DNA of 64,000 nucleotides, taken from positions 3,776,001-3,840,000 of the forward strand of contig OZ242029.1 of the NCBI GenBank assembly GCA_965205015.1, read 5' to 3'. This document shows, one piece after another, positions 40,581 through 50,258 of the stretch. The DNA comes from Candidatus Poribacteria bacterium. GTDB taxonomy: Bacteria > Poribacteria > WGA-4E > WGA-3G. A program made the position numbers and the translations under genes. Below the pieces are notes generated by a model, which did not search any database, had not been told where the DNA came from, and worked only from the letters and a program-made list of their open reading frames with translations. The stretch's first letter is position 1. Each line of letters begins with the position of its first letter.

Positions 40581-41762
40581 TCATATCACTTCCATCCAAA
40601 CCCCGGGCACGAACCCCGGATACGCTCCCTCACTGAACGCCGGATAATAGACAGCCTCATCACGGAAATCGTGAACCGCCTCGCCGCCGCTGCTGTTCGG
40701 GATGTGCACCCTACAGGTGTACTCACTCTCTCGGAACAACTGCTGGGGTGTTGGCGTAGATGCATCGACGCGATATTCTGACAGTGCCGCCTCATCCACC
40801 GTAATTCCCAAGCCTGGTGCGCCTGAAACCTGAATCGTGCCATCAACCACCGCCAGCCGCGTTTCGAGCAGATCTGATTCCCACAACTCGTGGCACGTAA
40901 TCGCTGGCAGTTCCGCTTGCGATAACACCGCACCGAGATGCACCGAGTATGCCGTTGTGATACCCGTGCCGACCATCTGGAGCCAGTAAGGCTGCGCAAA
41001 GGACGCACAGAGGGCGTTTGTCCGCAGGAGTGAGTTCACACCACCACCGACAACGAACCCACCGCAACAGCGCGCATGCAAACACGATTCGTTGAAATGC
41101 TCGACGATCCGATTTTGAACAGCCGCTTGCAATCTCGCTGCCCCTTCTACGTCCGTGCCGAGATAGTACGGACTCTCGTATATGGCGACGTTGGGATGTT
41201 CATCTAATTGTTGTAACACGGGGATAGCGTTATCCGCAGTTCGCAGAAACCCGTTGAAATCGATATCGAGTCGATAGTCTGCTGGCACGGCATCCCCGAC
41301 AGCGTTCACCTGCGCGAAGATGTCCCGCCACGGACGCGCTTTCAGTTTCGCAGACGTGTAACCCCGTTTAACGGATTCTTCGACTTCCGCAACCCAGTCT
41401 TCTGGCGGCATATCTATGTCCCACCACGAAATCGGACACCTATCACGAACCTTTGGTCCGATGAGTTGATAGGCTGGTACATCTACGGATTTACCGACGG
41501 CGTCGAAAAGCGACATCTGAATGCCGAACCCGATGCTGTCATCGTTCATACATGCGAACGCGTTCTGTCCAATGACCTGTTCAATGTTTGCCGATTCGTC
41601 TGATAGATTTTCGCCGTATCCGATAACGCCGTTACTGAGTTCGACGCGATAAACGTGGACACGTTCTCCGTGTGTTAAGGCACGGTGCATGTGTCGGCTG
41701 ACGCGTTCGTGATAGAACGGCACGTTCAACGGAATCGCTTCGAGACGTTTGATGCTAAGCAT
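40581..41762 (-). CDS. Mandelate racemase/muconate lactonizing enzyme (enolase superfamily)
   Basis: GYGE, DAVGK...PAYQLIG, KLK, IDFN, ESP, EH, PGLGITVD; start at ATG 41762 after SD ggagg. Confidence 0.85.
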   Translation of the reverse strand: MLSIKRLEAIPLNVPFYHERVSRHMHRALTHGERVHVYRVELSNGVIGYGENLSDESANIEQVIGQNAFACMNDDSIGFGIQMSLFDAVGKSVDVPAYQLIGPKVRDRCPISWWDIDMPPEDWVAEVEESVKRGYTSAKLKARPWRDIFAQVNAVGDAVPADYRLDIDFNGFLRTADNAIPVLQQLDEHPNVAIYESPYYLGTDVEGAARLQAAVQNRIVEHFNESCLHARCCGGFVVGGGVNSLLRTNALCASFAQPYWLQMVGTGITTAYSVHLGAVLSQAELPAITCHELWESDLLETRLAVVDGTIQVSGAPGLGITVDEAALSEYRVDASTPTPQQLFRESEYTCRVHIPNSSGGEAVHDFRDEAVYYPAFSEGAYPGFVPGVWMEVI

Positions 41763-41888
41763 GAGGTGCCTCCCCAATTGGTATACTTTCGCTCAGATCG
41801 TTTGCTTTTCGCTTTTTGCTCTATGTGCTTCCGAATTGTATCACATTTCCGAAATTGTAGGTAAAAATATTGATGCGGTGGGTCCCGT

Positions 41889-41912
41889 GTAGGCAGGATA
41901 TCTGAATCTCGA
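41889..41912 (+). repeat. Degenerate GTAG-type REP copy
   Basis: gtaggcaggatatctgaatctcga, 19/24 identical to 39279-39302. Confidence 0.55.
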
Positions 41913-42027
41913 TTTCTCAGATATGTTTCCTTGAAGAAAACAGACGCGATTTGCAACAAAGGGTGTGAAAATAGGCAATCGTGAGTTTTATGGAGCATCA
42001 ACAACCGGAACCAGATAACGAACACAA

Positions 42028-42056
42028 TTGACACCTCTGCTTTTTGTTGGTATAAT
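42028..42056 (+). promoter_or_regulatory. Consensus sigma70 promoter
   Basis: TTGACA-17 nt-TATAAT. Confidence 0.8.
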
Positions 42057-42112
42057 ATCTTTAACATTTTCGACATTAAAACACCACGGCGTTCGCAAGC
42101 AAGGAGCAAGTT

Positions 42113-42982
42113 ATGGCAAGAATCGAACCCTTTTTTGTTTCAAATGAACTCTTAGATCACCCTGAAAAACTCCGAGAACGCGCACGGCAGGACGGTTATC
42201 TCTTTTTTCGTGGCTTGGTTGATGCCGATGCTATCTACAAAGTGCGCCGGGATTTCTTGGAAATCTGTCATCGACACGGATGGGCGAAAGGCGGAGACAC
42301 GCTGATGGACGGTATCCGCATCGGCGGTCCCTTTATGGAAGGCGATGATGGGTATTGGCCCGTCTTGGATGCGTTCCAATGCTTGGAATCCTTCCATGCG
42401 TTTGCGCATCATCCTGCGATCTTGGACGTGTGCGACAAGCTCTTCGGTGAAAAGACGCTTGTGCATCCGCGGAATATTGGAAGAATTATGTTCCCAGAGA
42501 ACACAAAATACACAACGCCTGCACATCAAGATTTCATTCACATCCGGGGGACAGAGGAAACCTATACCGGGTGGATACCGCTTGGCGCCTGTCCAGAAGC
42601 GTTGGGTGGGTTGTCAGTCCTATCCGGTTCGCATCAAGGCGGCGTGTATCCCGTCAAACCAGCATTCGGCGCAGGCGGACTCGGTATTGATACAGCACCT
42701 CTGGAAGCGAATGGTTTCTATTGGGTCGGCGGTGATTATGAAATTGGTGATGCTCTCTTCTTTCACAGCCACGCCGTTCACAAAGCAATGCCGAATCAGA
42801 CCTCGGATCGGATACGTCTCTCGGTAGATTATCGCTATCAAGGAAACTCCAAGCCTGTCACAGATGGATCGCTTCTACCGCATTTCAATCGGATGGCGTG
42901 GGACGAAATCTACAAGGATTGGGTTTCGACGACATATCAGTATTATTGGAATGCCTTTGATTTGAACAGGGTTGAACGGTGA
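42113..42982 (+). CDS. Phytanoyl-CoA dioxygenase (PhyH) family Fe(II)/2OG enzyme
   Basis: TPAHQD, WIPLG, GSH, GDALFFHSHAVH, RLSVDYRY. Confidence 0.9.
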   Translation: MARIEPFFVSNELLDHPEKLRERARQDGYLFFRGLVDADAIYKVRRDFLEICHRHGWAKGGDTLMDGIRIGGPFMEGDDGYWPVLDAFQCLESFHAFAHHPAILDVCDKLFGEKTLVHPRNIGRIMFPENTKYTTPAHQDFIHIRGTEETYTGWIPLGACPEALGGLSVLSGSHQGGVYPVKPAFGAGGLGIDTAPLEANGFYWVGGDYEIGDALFFHSHAVHKAMPNQTSDRIRLSVDYRYQGNSKPVTDGSLLPHFNRMAWDEIYKDWVSTTYQYYWNAFDLNRVER

Positions 42983-43767
42983 AAAGCGTCCTACAGATCC
43001 TATTCTACGGGACTTTCTGCTGTATAGTGACGCTATCTGCACAGGCACCCGATATGGTCCTCATCCCAGCGGGCGAATTCCAGATGGGGAGCGACACTGG
43101 AGAACGCGACGAAAAACCGGTACATACCGTTTCTCTTGATGCGTTCTATATTGACCCCTACGAAGTAACGGTTGGCGAATATAAACGCTTCCTTGAAGAG
43201 ACGAACCATCGTCCTTTACCGAATTCGGTTTCTCGTACCTCACCGACCGATCAGCATCCTGTCGTAGAGGTGAGTTGGCACGATGCGATGGCGTATGCAC
43301 TGTGGGCAGGGAAGCGGTTACCTACGGAAGCCGAATGGGAAAAAGCCGCACGAGGCGGTTTAGTCGGGCAGGATTATCCGTGGGAAGGTCCGATTGGTGC
43401 GGACAAAGCAAATTACGGCAAGAACACGAAATCTGGCACGCATGGGGCGCGCGCAACACCTGTGGGGACATATCCCGCTAATGGCTACGGTTTATACGAT
43501 ATGTCTGGAAACGTCGCTGAGTGGTGCCTCGATACATACCAACGAAAATTTTATGCGAATGAACAACGCGGTAATCCCGTTGCTGGGGCTGAAAACGTCC
43601 AAGGGATTATTGCAAACGCTGGCGCGAACAATGAGAAGCGTGTTGTCCGTGGCGGATCGTGGAGTTTCAATGCGAAAAGTGTGCGCGTCGCAAATCGTCT
43701 CGCGGAGAAACCGTCCCTGTTGAGTAGTGATGTCGGGTTTCGTTGCGTGCGAGATGTGAAACCTTAA
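42979..43767 (+). CDS. Formylglycine-generating enzyme (SUMF1) domain protein
   Basis: IPAGEFQMG, HPVVEVSW, RLPTEAEWEKAARGG, YDMSGNVAEW, RGGSW, GFRCV. Confidence 0.92.
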   Translation: MKSVLQILFYGTFCCIVTLSAQAPDMVLIPAGEFQMGSDTGERDEKPVHTVSLDAFYIDPYEVTVGEYKRFLEETNHRPLPNSVSRTSPTDQHPVVEVSWHDAMAYALWAGKRLPTEAEWEKAARGGLVGQDYPWEGPIGADKANYGKNTKSGTHGARATPVGTYPANGYGLYDMSGNVAEWCLDTYQRKFYANEQRGNPVAGAENVQGIIANAGANNEKRVVRGGSWSFNAKSVRVANRLAEKPSLLSSDVGFRCVRDVKP

Positions 43768-43831
43768 AAGTCGTAAGCACACGCCGTGTGTGGTTCATAA
43801 AATATAACAGTTCCAAGGAAAAGAGAAGCCA

Positions 43832-44929
43832 TTGATTAAATTACAGCAACGAAAACCTAATACCGCAGCTATTATCTGTTTTGTAATGATGTTAATCGGG
43901 TGGGTCGGAATCGCTATTTTACCTGTCGCCGCCGAAAACTACACCGGTGATTTCTTGACGAACGGGGTTGGTGGCAGAGCCCTCGGTTTGGGCGGTGCCT
44001 ACGTGAGTATTGCTGACGACGTAACCGCTACTTATTGGAACCCAGCCGGCATTGCGGGTATTTCCGACGATTACCAATTCTGTCTGATGCACGCCGCACG
44101 GCGTTCCGGATTGGGGGCATTCAACTATATCAGTGGCACAACAAAGGTCCTGTCGAAACTCAACCTCGGATTGTCGTGGCTTCGCGCAGGGGTGGATGAC
44201 ATTCCTATCTATCCACTCGTCCCGGCGTTCGATCCTAATATTACGCCAGATGCCCGACGAAACTTGGCGAGAAACCGTCCCAGAGAATCCGATTTCATTC
44301 CAGCAGGTTACTTAAACGACAGTGAAAACGCCTATATTTTGACGCTTGCGATGCGTTGGGTCGTGAGTCAGTCGTGGTGGGATAATTTCGGAAGGGATTC
44401 ACTGCCCCCGGAATTTATGTGTGGTGTAAACACGAAACTGATTACGCAGAGTTTGGACGGTGGTGCGCTTGATACTTATAACTATGGGAGTTGGGGGTAT
44501 GGCTTTGATGCCGGATTCCTCGTACGCTTGCCCGATTTCAATGCGCTTTTCAATTTAGAGAACTTCGGCAGTCTCGGCTTTGGGTTTAATCTTCAGGACA
44601 TCTCAAAAACGACGCTAACGTGGAACACCTTATCTGCCCCTAAAGAATCTATTCCAGCAAATTGGAATATCGGCGTCGCGTATACGAACCATCACGTTTT
44701 CAATCGAGAGATGATTCTTTCCTATCAGTGGCAACAGCGTTACGGTGGGCAATCGCATATCGGTATAGAATATCGTATCAGCGAACCGTTGGCACTCCGT
44801 GTCGGTTACCGAGACGCCCGCGTTACAAGTGGAATCGGCATCCAGGTCCGCCAATTTCGACTCGATTACGCCCTCCTCCTCGGCGACCTAATTAGCACAC
44901 ACTTTCTGAGTCTACTATGGCATTTTTAA
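43832..44929 (+). CDS. PorV/PorQ-like outer-membrane beta-barrel protein
   Basis: FLTNGVGGRALGLGGAYVSIADDVTATYWNPAG; C-terminal RLDYA..H.LS..W.F; start uncertain. Confidence 0.8.
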   Translation: MIKLQQRKPNTAAIICFVMMLIGWVGIAILPVAAENYTGDFLTNGVGGRALGLGGAYVSIADDVTATYWNPAGIAGISDDYQFCLMHAARRSGLGAFNYISGTTKVLSKLNLGLSWLRAGVDDIPIYPLVPAFDPNITPDARRNLARNRPRESDFIPAGYLNDSENAYILTLAMRWVVSQSWWDNFGRDSLPPEFMCGVNTKLITQSLDGGALDTYNYGSWGYGFDAGFLVRLPDFNALFNLENFGSLGFGFNLQDISKTTLTWNTLSAPKESIPANWNIGVAYTNHHVFNREMILSYQWQQRYGGQSHIGIEYRISEPLALRVGYRDARVTSGIGIQVRQFRLDYALLLGDLISTHFLSLLWHF

Positions 44930-44966
44930 TGTGAAGTGCCGCGAGGACAGACAATGAGGGATACTG

Positions 44967-46196
44967 CTAAACGTTCGGTCTTGACAAGTTCGGTTGATCA
45001 CGCAGCAATATCAGGAGCGGTGCCAGGACCACCGGAATCATCACTAATCCATCAAGGACGATAGGCAAACCGTATTGGTCCCCCAGAACACCGACGACTT
45101 TATTCAGTAAGCCACCGACACCCCACGCCGCACCCATCATAAAACTCGATGCAATGTTTTCATGCCCGCGCAGGATCATCTGTGCTAAGATGATGTTAAC
45201 CGTAATTGAACTTGAGAGCACCACATTCCCTAAAAAGAGGAACACGAGGAAACTCGGACCGTCAGCGTGTAGTGAGGCATAGAGCAGCGGCGGCGATCCA
45301 AGGAGTGAAACTAACAACAGAATGTAGGTGTTTACACGGGTGATCAGCCAACCACTCGCCATGATACCCATGGAGCCCGCGAAGATGAAAAGCGCAATCA
45401 CGAGCGAGCGCATCTGGTCGGGATAATTTTGGTCATCCAGATAGATAGATAGGAAATTTTCCAACCCGACTGCTGTGACGGTTCGGAGTGCCGCAATAAT
45501 AAACAGCACACTGAGCGGTAAAAGATGTGGACGGGCGACAGTCCAAAAGGGTTCTTGGGGTCTCCGTTCCTCTGCTAACCTTCCGCGCGGCGTAGCGGTG
45601 AGATCCAGAGACTTCTCGAATTTCAGCACTTTCGGCACTAACAGTGCCAAAAGCACTCCTGGTATCATTTCCCAAACCAAGTATTGCAAGCCGAAATTGT
45701 ATGGAATGAACATCAGTACCAATGGACCGAGTGCCCGACCGATGTTACCCCCTGTGAGGAAAATGGAGGTCCCCATCCCCCGACCTTCTGTGGCGAGCGC
45801 ACCGGCATAGGTCGTCGCTTGTGGATGGAAGGAGGCAACACCGAGTCCGCCTATCGCTAATAACAGATAGACGACACGCGGCGAAGGGGCAACCCATAGG
45901 AGGCTTAAACCGATTGCCGTGAAACCGACACCAAACGTCAGGAAATGCACCGACCGCACCCGGTCCGACAGCCACCCGAAGAGTATTTGTCCGAGCGAGC
46001 TAAAGACACTATAAATCGAGATGAAGTTGCCGGCTAAACTGTTCCGTGTTGCGACTGAGGTTGCTAACTTTGTCAGCAGAAGCGGTTGCAGATGCGACAG
46101 CAGGGTCGCGTAGGAGTCGAGAACCGTATGGGATAACGTAAGAAAATAGAACTGTTTCTGAGAAGACGTTTTAGAGGGATTTTGGGAGTTTTCCAT
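44967..46196 (-). CDS. MFS transporter (Fsr-like)
   Basis: About 12 TM segments; QILFGWLSDR motif A; GLGVASFHP; GGNIGRALGP. Confidence 0.88.
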   Translation of the reverse strand: MENSQNPSKTSSQKQFYFLTLSHTVLDSYATLLSHLQPLLLTKLATSVATRNSLAGNFISIYSVFSSLGQILFGWLSDRVRSVHFLTFGVGFTAIGLSLLWVAPSPRVVYLLLAIGGLGVASFHPQATTYAGALATEGRGMGTSIFLTGGNIGRALGPLVLMFIPYNFGLQYLVWEMIPGVLLALLVPKVLKFEKSLDLTATPRGRLAEERRPQEPFWTVARPHLLPLSVLFIIAALRTVTAVGLENFLSIYLDDQNYPDQMRSLVIALFIFAGSMGIMASGWLITRVNTYILLLVSLLGSPPLLYASLHADGPSFLVFLFLGNVVLSSSITVNIILAQMILRGHENIASSFMMGAAWGVGGLLNKVVGVLGDQYGLPIVLDGLVMIPVVLAPLLILLRDQPNLSRPNV

Positions 46197-46323
46197 GAGG
46201 CGAAATAGATACCGCTTTTCTTATGATAATTAAGATAATGTGCATTGTAAAATACATCCATCTAAAAAGCAAATCTTTTTTTACTCTGACAACTGACTGT
46301 CGATTGCTGATTGCCATTTCTTC

Positions 46324-46352
46324 TTGACAATTAAAACATTCACATATACTAT
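46324..46352 (+). promoter_or_regulatory. Sigma70-like promoter
   Basis: TTGACA-17 nt-TACTAT. Confidence 0.5.
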
Positions 46353-46393
46353 GAAACGAATCCCTTAAATAGAAAACATCCATAATACACACA

Positions 46394-47392
46394 GTGAGCG
46401 TGCCTTTGGACAAAAAGCAAATTCAACGGGTCACCAAAATCGGTTTACCGACGGTCTTAGCAGTCGTTATAACTTACTTCCTTTTAAAAGAGATCGACAT
46501 TCAACAAATACCACAAACGCTGAGCCGATTGTCAGTCAAAGCACTTTTCATCGGGTTTGGGTGCTACTGCTTGTTAGTCTTAACGAAAGCCCTCCGCTTC
46601 CAGGCATTGCTTAACCTTGAGAGTGGTGTTCATCAGGTCTTCCCAATCTTGGCGATGCACACCTTTTGGGGCAATATCCTCCCGATGCGGACAGGCGATG
46701 TGTCTTATGTCTATCTGATGCAACGCCGTCAGAAGGTGGACGCAACGCAGGGCGTCGCTTCGCTGCTGGTCGCCAGTTTGATTGATTTAGTACTGCTGAT
46801 GGGCTTGGTGGTCGCTACGGCGTGGCTCCTGCGCACTGCGCTTCGAGACACGTTCTCCGGCACGGTTCTCTATCTCCTACCGCTTCTGATGGGGGCAGGC
46901 TTGGTCGCCGTGGTCGTTTTCGTCTACGCTGCGCCGCAAGTTTGCATGAGATTCGCAGAACGGTGTGCGGGTCCGCTATTGGCACTTGAAAAATGCCCGG
47001 TCTCGTGGACAGTCGATAAAGTCTTGGCAGTGCTTCGGGAACTAACGGCGTTTCGATCGAATCGGCGGTTTTTGGAGGTCTGGGTATATTCCGTCCTGTG
47101 TCTCGTTATCCGTTTCGGGTTCCAATGCTACCTTGTCACCGAGATGGGTGTTGACATTCCGATGACTGAAGTGCTGTTCGCACTCGCATTTACGAATGTC
47201 TTTAACCTGTTGCCCGTTCAAACCGTTGGTAACTTTGGGACGACGGAATTCCCCTTCGTCTGGTTGCTAAACCATTTCGGTACCGCTGTAGGGACTGCCA
47301 CTGTTACTGGATTTAGTTTGCACATTCTGATTCTACTTTACTGTTTACCGTTAGGCGCGTCCGGGTTTTTGATGAAACCGAAGGAGTTATAA
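46394..47392 (+). CDS. Flippase-like (lysylphosphatidylglycerol synthase TM / UPF0104) membrane protein
   Basis: KALRFQALL, NILPMRTGDVS, LPVQTVGNFGTTE; multiple TM segments. Confidence 0.82.
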   Translation: MSVPLDKKQIQRVTKIGLPTVLAVVITYFLLKEIDIQQIPQTLSRLSVKALFIGFGCYCLLVLTKALRFQALLNLESGVHQVFPILAMHTFWGNILPMRTGDVSYVYLMQRRQKVDATQGVASLLVASLIDLVLLMGLVVATAWLLRTALRDTFSGTVLYLLPLLMGAGLVAVVVFVYAAPQVCMRFAERCAGPLLALEKCPVSWTVDKVLAVLRELTAFRSNRRFLEVWVYSVLCLVIRFGFQCYLVTEMGVDIPMTEVLFALAFTNVFNLLPVQTVGNFGTTEFPFVWLLNHFGTAVGTATVTGFSLHILILLYCLPLGASGFLMKPKEL

Positions 47393-47393
47393 T

Positions 47394-48209
47394 ATGAGAA
47401 TTATTGATCCGCATGTTCACGTTTGGAAAAACGATCCGCGGTTCCCATGGGCACCGGAGACAACAAGTCCACCCACAGAGGATGCAACAGCGGAGATGTT
47501 ACTGGAATTGATGGCGGCGAACGGTGTAGAGAAAACTGTTCTCGTTCAAGTCATCCACTATCGCTGGGATAATAGATATGCCGCTGACGCACTGAAAAGA
47601 TACCCGGATAAGTTCATGGGCGTCTGCCGAATCAACCCGGAAGACCCGGACGCCCCCGATCACCTGAGTCGCTGGACGGAGACGGACGGTTTCCACGGGG
47701 TACGGCTCAGCCCTTCTGTCGGTGATGCAGGTGACTGGTTTGCTGGACCGTTGATGCCGCCTATCTTTCGTCGTGCGGAAACGCTCGGCGTCCCGATGCT
47801 GATTCTCACGGGAGCCGAAAGATTGGTGGATCTCGTGCCACTTTTGGAACAGCACCCGGACCTCGATGTTGTTATAGATCACATGGCAAGCTGCTCGCCC
47901 GACGCGCCTGAAAAACTGGACTTGCTGCTGAACCTTGCACGGTTTCCTCGCGTCTACGTCAAAATTAGCCATACGTGGTCAATCTCAAAAACGGGTTACC
48001 CGTGGGCGGATACGTATGAACAGGTTAAGAAGGTGTATCAGGCGTTCGGAGGTTCGCGCCTGATGTGGGGAACGGATTGGCCCGTCTGTCTCGGTCGAGC
48101 CAGTTATTCAGAAACTTTGTCAGTCGTCCGAGATGAGATGGACTTCTTTACGCCGGGAGACCGGGAGTGGGTGTTAGGAAAAACCGCGCTCCGCCTCTGG
48201 CAATTCTGA
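47394..48209 (+). CDS. Amidohydrolase_2 family metallohydrolase
   Basis: IIDPHVHVW, GVR, IDH, VKIS, MWGTDWP. Confidence 0.9.
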   Translation: MRIIDPHVHVWKNDPRFPWAPETTSPPTEDATAEMLLELMAANGVEKTVLVQVIHYRWDNRYAADALKRYPDKFMGVCRINPEDPDAPDHLSRWTETDGFHGVRLSPSVGDAGDWFAGPLMPPIFRRAETLGVPMLILTGAERLVDLVPLLEQHPDLDVVIDHMASCSPDAPEKLDLLLNLARFPRVYVKISHTWSISKTGYPWADTYEQVKKVYQAFGGSRLMWGTDWPVCLGRASYSETLSVVRDEMDFFTPGDREWVLGKTALRLWQF

Positions 48210-48223
48210 TAACCATTTTCCCT

Positions 48224-48252
48224 TTGACAAATTTTCGCGTGTATGTTATCAT
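48224..48252 (+). promoter_or_regulatory. Sigma70-like promoter
   Basis: TTGACA-17 nt-TATCAT with an extended -10 TG. Confidence 0.6.
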
Positions 48253-48400
48253 AAAAGAATTAAATCGAATGTAATAACGTACCCTGTTCCCAACCCTCTG
48301 CAAAAAACAGCACCGTGGCAAGGCACCACGCTTTACAAACCCCTATACGCTTTTAAGGGCCAGGTTTCAACCTTACCCTATCCACACGGGAGGAAAAACG

Positions 48401-48748
48401 ATGCCATTCTGCCCACAATGCGATGCTGAATATAAGTCAGAAGTCTTGATGTGTTCGGATTGTCAGGTAACACTCGTGTCTCAACGCATACCGACAGAGG
48501 TTACGGAATACGAGGACTGGTACACTGTTGAATCCGTACCGAATGAATTAGCAGGCAACATCCTCCAAAGCGTCTTGGAGGAGGACGGTATCCCTGTTTA
48601 TCTCCGCTGTCATGAAGTCCCTTATTATGCTGGTGTGAAAGGCAATCTTGGACAATCTGAATGGGGTGATGTCCTGGTGCCAGCGAATCTACTTCCACAA
48701 GCACGAGAGTGCCTCAAAGTCTATTTCGATTCACTACAGGACCGTTAA
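48401..48748 (+). CDS. DUF2007-like protein with an N-terminal zinc ribbon
   Basis: MPFCPQC..EY....CSDC...LV; LQSVLEEDGIP; VLVP....QAREC; SD ggagg. Confidence 0.8.
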   Translation: MPFCPQCDAEYKSEVLMCSDCQVTLVSQRIPTEVTEYEDWYTVESVPNELAGNILQSVLEEDGIPVYLRCHEVPYYAGVKGNLGQSEWGDVLVPANLLPQARECLKVYFDSLQDR

Positions 48749-48767
48749 AATCCGCGGGCAAATTGCC

Positions 48768-48989
48768 ATGAAAGCCGACCAACTCTACCTCTTTAAGGAA
48801 GCAAAATCTCATAAATCTCACAGTCGCATGGCTGGTAAAGTTCATGTGAGAGGGCATCGTCGGCGCAACGGTAGTTACGTTAAGGAACATTGGCGGAGCC
48901 GACCCAACCGAAAGTTTGGTACTTTCAAACGGTTTAATTCAACAGAGGAGCAGCTTTCCTTCGTTGTTAACAGTGATACCTCAGATTGA
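48768..48989 (+). CDS. Small basic hypothetical protein (73 aa)
   Basis: VHVRGHRRRNGSYVKEHWRSRPN motif; QLYLF and EQLSF near the ends; ATG 48768 avoids overlap with the upstream gene; weak SD. Confidence 0.6.
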   Translation: MKADQLYLFKEAKSHKSHSRMAGKVHVRGHRRRNGSYVKEHWRSRPNRKFGTFKRFNSTEEQLSFVVNSDTSD

Positions 48990-49062
48990 CACACATAACA
49001 CGTCTCTTTTCCTGATAACCGATAATTGATAGCCACAACACGGCGCTTCTCAGAAAAATGCC

Positions 49063-50232
49063 ATGATCTACTTTTTGCGACGCTTGCCTGTATCCCGTTT
49101 TACGTTCCGACACTTGCAAGCGCAGACGATTTTACTGTTTCTCATTGCTACGACCCCACTCTTCAGCGAGGTCTACCGTATCAAAATAGGCGATACCCTT
49201 CTGATTGGGGTGATCGGACAGCCTGAGTATACACACTCGGCGCAGGTCCGCGAAGACGGCAGAATTAGTTACTTCGGTGGCGATCTTGAGGTTGCTGGAC
49301 AGACAGTTGAAAGGGTTAACCAACAGATTCGCGAGTTCCTCGTTTCAGAGGGTCTTATCAGCAACCCCGTCGTTATGGTCTCGCCGGTGCTGCAAGAGAA
49401 CGGCGTTTTCGTCGGCGGTGCAGTCAAACTCCCCGGACGTTATCCGATTTCCCCAGAAACCGACATCGGTTTATACCGTGCCCTTACGCTCGCGGGTGGT
49501 ATGGCGGAGAACGCGGATCACCACGTCGTGCAATTAATCCGTACCGACATGCCGGAGAAGGTCGAAATCTACGACCTCTCACCTGCCCACCCTTACCGCG
49601 ATATCCGTGTCAGTGTCAACGATCTCGTGTTCGTCATGTCCCTCAGCACCGTGGAAGTACAGGGACAAGTACAGACGCCCGGTAAACTTTTTATTCGGGG
49701 ACGGATTGGTGTTAAGGAAGCACTCGCTCGCGCAGGCGGTCTGACGCAAGAGGCAGACCTAACCGCTATTGTAAGAATCGAGAAGAACGGGAATCTGTCT
49801 GAATTCAACCTTTCTGAGCAGTTTTGGAAATCGACCCCGAACGATGCCCCTTCTCCGTCTTTGTCGGACGGCGACGTGTTGTTCGTTCCCAATGTCTTCA
49901 AAGTCGAGCCGATCTACGTAACCGGTTACGTGCGCACGCCGGGTATCCAACGGGTTCGCGGTCCCTTGAATCTCTCACAGGCGGTCGCACTCGCTGGCGG
50001 ATTTGAGGAATCAGCGGACCGTAAAGAGGTTCTTATTCACCGTCGTGACGGTACAATGCTGGAGGTGCCTTTCGCGTCCGCTCCGACGGAGGGTATGACG
50101 CAACAGATTTTACTCTATCCGGGCGATATTTTAGAGGTGAAAAAAAAGTTTCAGGTGAACTGGAGTCTCGTCAGCACGCTCGCCTACATCGTCATCGCTG
50201 GCATCAGTCTTACGCTCCAGTTGACGCAGTAA
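49063..50232 (+). CDS. Polysaccharide export protein with SLBB domains (Wza/KpsD-like)
   Basis: YRIKIGDTL, VREDGRIS; three SLBB repeats (V.G.V..PG...AL..AGG); C-terminal hydrophobic helix. Confidence 0.87.
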   Translation: MIYFLRRLPVSRFTFRHLQAQTILLFLIATTPLFSEVYRIKIGDTLLIGVIGQPEYTHSAQVREDGRISYFGGDLEVAGQTVERVNQQIREFLVSEGLISNPVVMVSPVLQENGVFVGGAVKLPGRYPISPETDIGLYRALTLAGGMAENADHHVVQLIRTDMPEKVEIYDLSPAHPYRDIRVSVNDLVFVMSLSTVEVQGQVQTPGKLFIRGRIGVKEALARAGGLTQEADLTAIVRIEKNGNLSEFNLSEQFWKSTPNDAPSPSLSDGDVLFVPNVFKVEPIYVTGYVRTPGIQRVRGPLNLSQAVALAGGFEESADRKEVLIHRRDGTMLEVPFASAPTEGMTQQILLYPGDILEVKKKFQVNWSLVSTLAYIVIAGISLTLQLTQ

Positions 50233-50258
50233 AAAATTAAAAAAGGAAGTGATACAAT

